Assembly (NCBI GenBank): GCA_029979505.1
Contig: JAPOHH010000002.1
Location: 118-64,117, forward strand
DNA from: a bacterium
GTDB taxonomy: Bacteria; Pseudomonadota; Gammaproteobacteria; GCA-002705445; GCA-002716945
Reading direction: 5' to 3'
Length of the DNA: 64,000 bases
How positions within the stretch are numbered: the stretch's first letter is position 1; each line of letters begins with the position of its first letter. The notes under the pieces were generated by a model. The model was not told the origin of the DNA. It did no database searches and saw nothing but the letters and a program-made list of their open reading frames with translations. The translations under genes and the position numbers were made by a program. Shown piece by piece: positions 61,540 through 64,000 of this stretch.

Positions 61540-64000
61540 ACAAACAGATATCAATAGTGTATTAGTTATCGGAGCAGGCCCAATTGTGATAGGGCAAGCA
61601 TGTGAATTTGACTATTCGGGTGTGCAAGCATGTAAGGCGCTTAGAGAAGAGGGTATAAAAACTATATTGGTGAATTCAAATCCTGCAACAATTATGACTG
61701 ATCCAGATATGGCGGATAAGATTTATATAGAGCCAATACATTGGAGAAATATTGAAAAAATAATTGCTATTGAAAAACCTGATGCAATCCTACCTACTAT
61801 GGGGGGGCAAACAGCCCTAAACACGACACTAGACTTAAATAGGCATAAGATTTTGAAAAAATATAACGTCAAGATAATTGGCGCTAGTGTTGACTCCATA
61901 GATATGGCTGAAGACAGAGAGTTATTTAAAAATGCAATGACTGATATTGGTCTCGAAACTCCAAGAGCATTTGTTGCAAAAGATTTTGAGAAAGCACGCT
62001 CAATTCAAAAAGATATCGGATTTCCTATTATCATAAGACCATCATTTACACTTGGTGGATCTGGAGGTGGTATTGCGTATAACAAGCAAGACTTTGAGAA
62101 GATTGTTAAGAGAGGTCTAGATTTATCTCCAACAAATGAGGTTCTTTTGGAAGAGTCAGTAATTGGGTGGAAAGAATTTGAGATGGAAGTTGTAAGAGAT
62201 AAAAATGATAATTGTATAATTATTTGCTCTATTGAGAATTTAGATCCTATGGGTGTTCACACTGGAGATTCAATTACTATTGCGCCTGCTCAAACTCTTA
62301 CAGATAAAGAGTATCAGAATCTTAGAAATCAATCGATTAAAGTACTTAGGAAAATTGGGGTAGATACCGGCGGATCAAATGTGCAATTTGCTGTAAATCC
62401 TGATAACGGAAAAATTTATGTTATTGAAATGAATCCTAGAGTGTCAAGATCTTCTGCACTTGCCTCTAAAGCAACAGGATTTCCGATAGCAAAGGTAGCT
62501 GCAAAACTAGCCATAGGTTACACTTTGGATGAATTAAGAAATGAAATTACTGGTAACATTATTCCGTCATCATTTGAGCCTAGTATAGATTATGTAGTTA
62601 CCAAGATACCTCGTTTTGCATTTGAGAAATTCAAAGAAGCTGATGCTCATTTAACAACACAAATGAAATCAGTTGGTGAGGTGATGGCTATTGGTGGATC
62701 ATTTAAAGAGTCTCTCCAAAAAGCTCTAAGAGGCTTAGAAATTGGCATAGATGGCTTTGATGAAATCAATTTTGAAGAGTCATTGTCAGCTAAAGAAAGA
62801 CAAGACTTAATAGTTAAGGAAATTTCCACTCCTTCTGCGAACAGAATTTTATATGTGGCTCAAGCCTTCAGAGAGGGGATGACTGTGGATAATGTATTCC
62901 ACTTATCGTTTATTGATAGATGGTTTCTTAATCAAATATTTGAATTAATTACTAATGAAGGTGCAATAAAAAATAAATCATTTGAACTAAACGCACAGAA
63001 TTTAACCACTTTAAAGTCTAACGGTTTTTCGGATCGTAGATTAGCAAAGCTTTATTCTAAAGATGAGAAAGACATTAGAACGTTTAGGAAAGAAAATTCC
63101 ATTAACCCTGTCTTTAAAAGAATAGATACTTGCGCTGCAGAATTTGAGTCATCAACAGCATATATGTATTCAACATATTCTTCATTTTGCGAGTCTAATC
63201 CGACTGATAATAAAAAAATTATCATTCTTGGTGGTGGGCCAAACAGAATTGGTCAAGGAATAGAATTTGATTATTGTTGTGTTCATGCATCTATGGCACT
63301 CAAGGATGCTGGTTATGAAACAATTATGATAAATTGTAACCCTGAGACAGTTTCAACTGATTACGATACATCAGACAGGCTATATTTTGAGCCACTGACA
63401 GTTGAAGATGTATTGTCCATTATAGATATTGAGAGACCTTGGGGAGTAATTGTTCAGTATGGAGGACAAACACCATTAAAACTTGCTGATGAATTAGAGA
63501 AATGTGGGGTAAGCATTATCGGGACTTCTCCTGATTCCATTGATCTTGCAGAAGATAGAGAGAGATTTAAGACTTTGATAGAGTCAATTAATCTCAAACA
63601 ACCTCTCAATGAAACTGTAACAAACTTTGAGCAAGCAAAAAAATCTGCTGACCAGATTGGTTACCCGTTAGTTGTTAGACCATCATATGTCTTAGGAGGT
63701 CGGGCAATGGAAATAGTTACCAATAACACCGATTTAGAGAAGTATATGAAAGAAGCAGTAAATGTCTCTGAAGACTCGCCAATACTACTAGATAAATTTC
63801 TCAATGATGCTATTGAAGTTGACATAGACTTACTTTGTGACGGAAAGGATGTTTATGTGGCAGGTATAATGGAACACATCGAAGAAGCTGGTATTCATTC
63901 TGGTGATTCCGGGTGCTCATTACCACCTTATACATTGAGCGAAGACATAGTAGATGAATTAAAAGAGCAATCAAAAAAACTAGCACTAGCACTTAAAGTT
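61532..64000 (+). CDS. carB: Carbamoyl-phosphate synthase large subunit (truncated by window end)
   Basis: ATG 61532: [30 protein letters not shown]; later [22 protein letters not shown]. Confidence 0.97.
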   Translation, partial: MPKQTDINSVLVIGAGPIVIGQACEFDYSGVQACKALREEGIKTILVNSNPATIMTDPDMADKIYIEPIHWRNIEKIIAIEKPDAILPTMGGQTALNTTLDLNRHKILKKYNVKIIGASVDSIDMAEDRELFKNAMTDIGLETPRAFVAKDFEKARSIQKDIGFPIIIRPSFTLGGSGGGIAYNKQDFEKIVKRGLDLSPTNEVLLEESVIGWKEFEMEVVRDKNDNCIIICSIENLDPMGVHTGDSITIAPAQTLTDKEYQNLRNQSIKVLRKIGVDTGGSNVQFAVNPDNGKIYVIEMNPRVSRSSALASKATGFPIAKVAAKLAIGYTLDELRNEITGNIIPSSFEPSIDYVVTKIPRFAFEKFKEADAHLTTQMKSVGEVMAIGGSFKESLQKALRGLEIGIDGFDEINFEESLSAKERQDLIVKEISTPSANRILYVAQAFREGMTVDNVFHLSFIDRWFLNQIFELITNEGAIKNKSFELNAQNLTTLKSNGFSDRRLAKLYSKDEKDIRTFRKENSINPVFKRIDTCAAEFESSTAYMYSTYSSFCESNPTDNKKIIILGGGPNRIGQGIEFDYCCVHASMALKDAGYETIMINCNPETVSTDYDTSDRLYFEPLTVEDVLSIIDIERPWGVIVQYGGQTPLKLADELEKCGVSIIGTSPDSIDLAEDRERFKTLIESINLKQPLNETVTNFEQAKKSADQIGYPLVVRPSYVLGGRAMEIVTNNTDLEKYMKEAVNVSEDSPILLDKFLNDAIEVDIDLLCDGKDVYVAGIMEHIEEAGIHSGDSGCSLPPYTLSEDIVDELKEQSKKLALALKV

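Noticed and set aside
422..63992. Numerous short antisense or nested ORFs in the track (e.g. 1573..2070, 22999..23385, 28221..28601)
   Set aside because: Lie opposite or within well-supported genes and show no recognisable motifs

Overview
AT-rich, densely packed chromosome segment, most consistent with a streamlined (probably marine) Gammaproteobacterium; the kdsD-kdsC-lpt-rpoN-pts, murA-hisG-hisD and petABC-sspA synteny supports this, but the lineage cannot be resolved here. 0.3-10.5 kb is a phosphate-starvation island in alphaproteobacterial gene order (phoR-pstS-pstCAB-phoU-phoB) with an AqpS-like aquaporin and ArsC built in, several Pho boxes, a Pho-boxed porin and a small beta-barrel protein. 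The rest is mostly core: mgtE, nrdAB (DnaA and NrdR boxes), cobalamin riboswitch-btuB, mcl-mtkAB, argDF, regulatory PTS, rpoN, Lpt/Kdo genes, mlaA/mlaC/MMPL, his, pet and carAB (carB truncated). Most striking: (1) a structured element in the 3' UTR of the Pho porin (9922-9949) is almost perfectly antisense to the 5' UTR/RBS of a second porin 27 kb away, suggesting an sRNA-mediated porin switch; (2) an apparent LptC-LptA hybrid in place of lptC+lptA; (3) an MMPL/RND transporter where mlaFEDB usually sits; (4) an unannotated 49-aa membrane microprotein coupled between nrdA and nrdB. No rRNA, tRNA, CRISPR array, integrase or transposase was recognised. All calls come from reading the sequence by eye; no searches were run.
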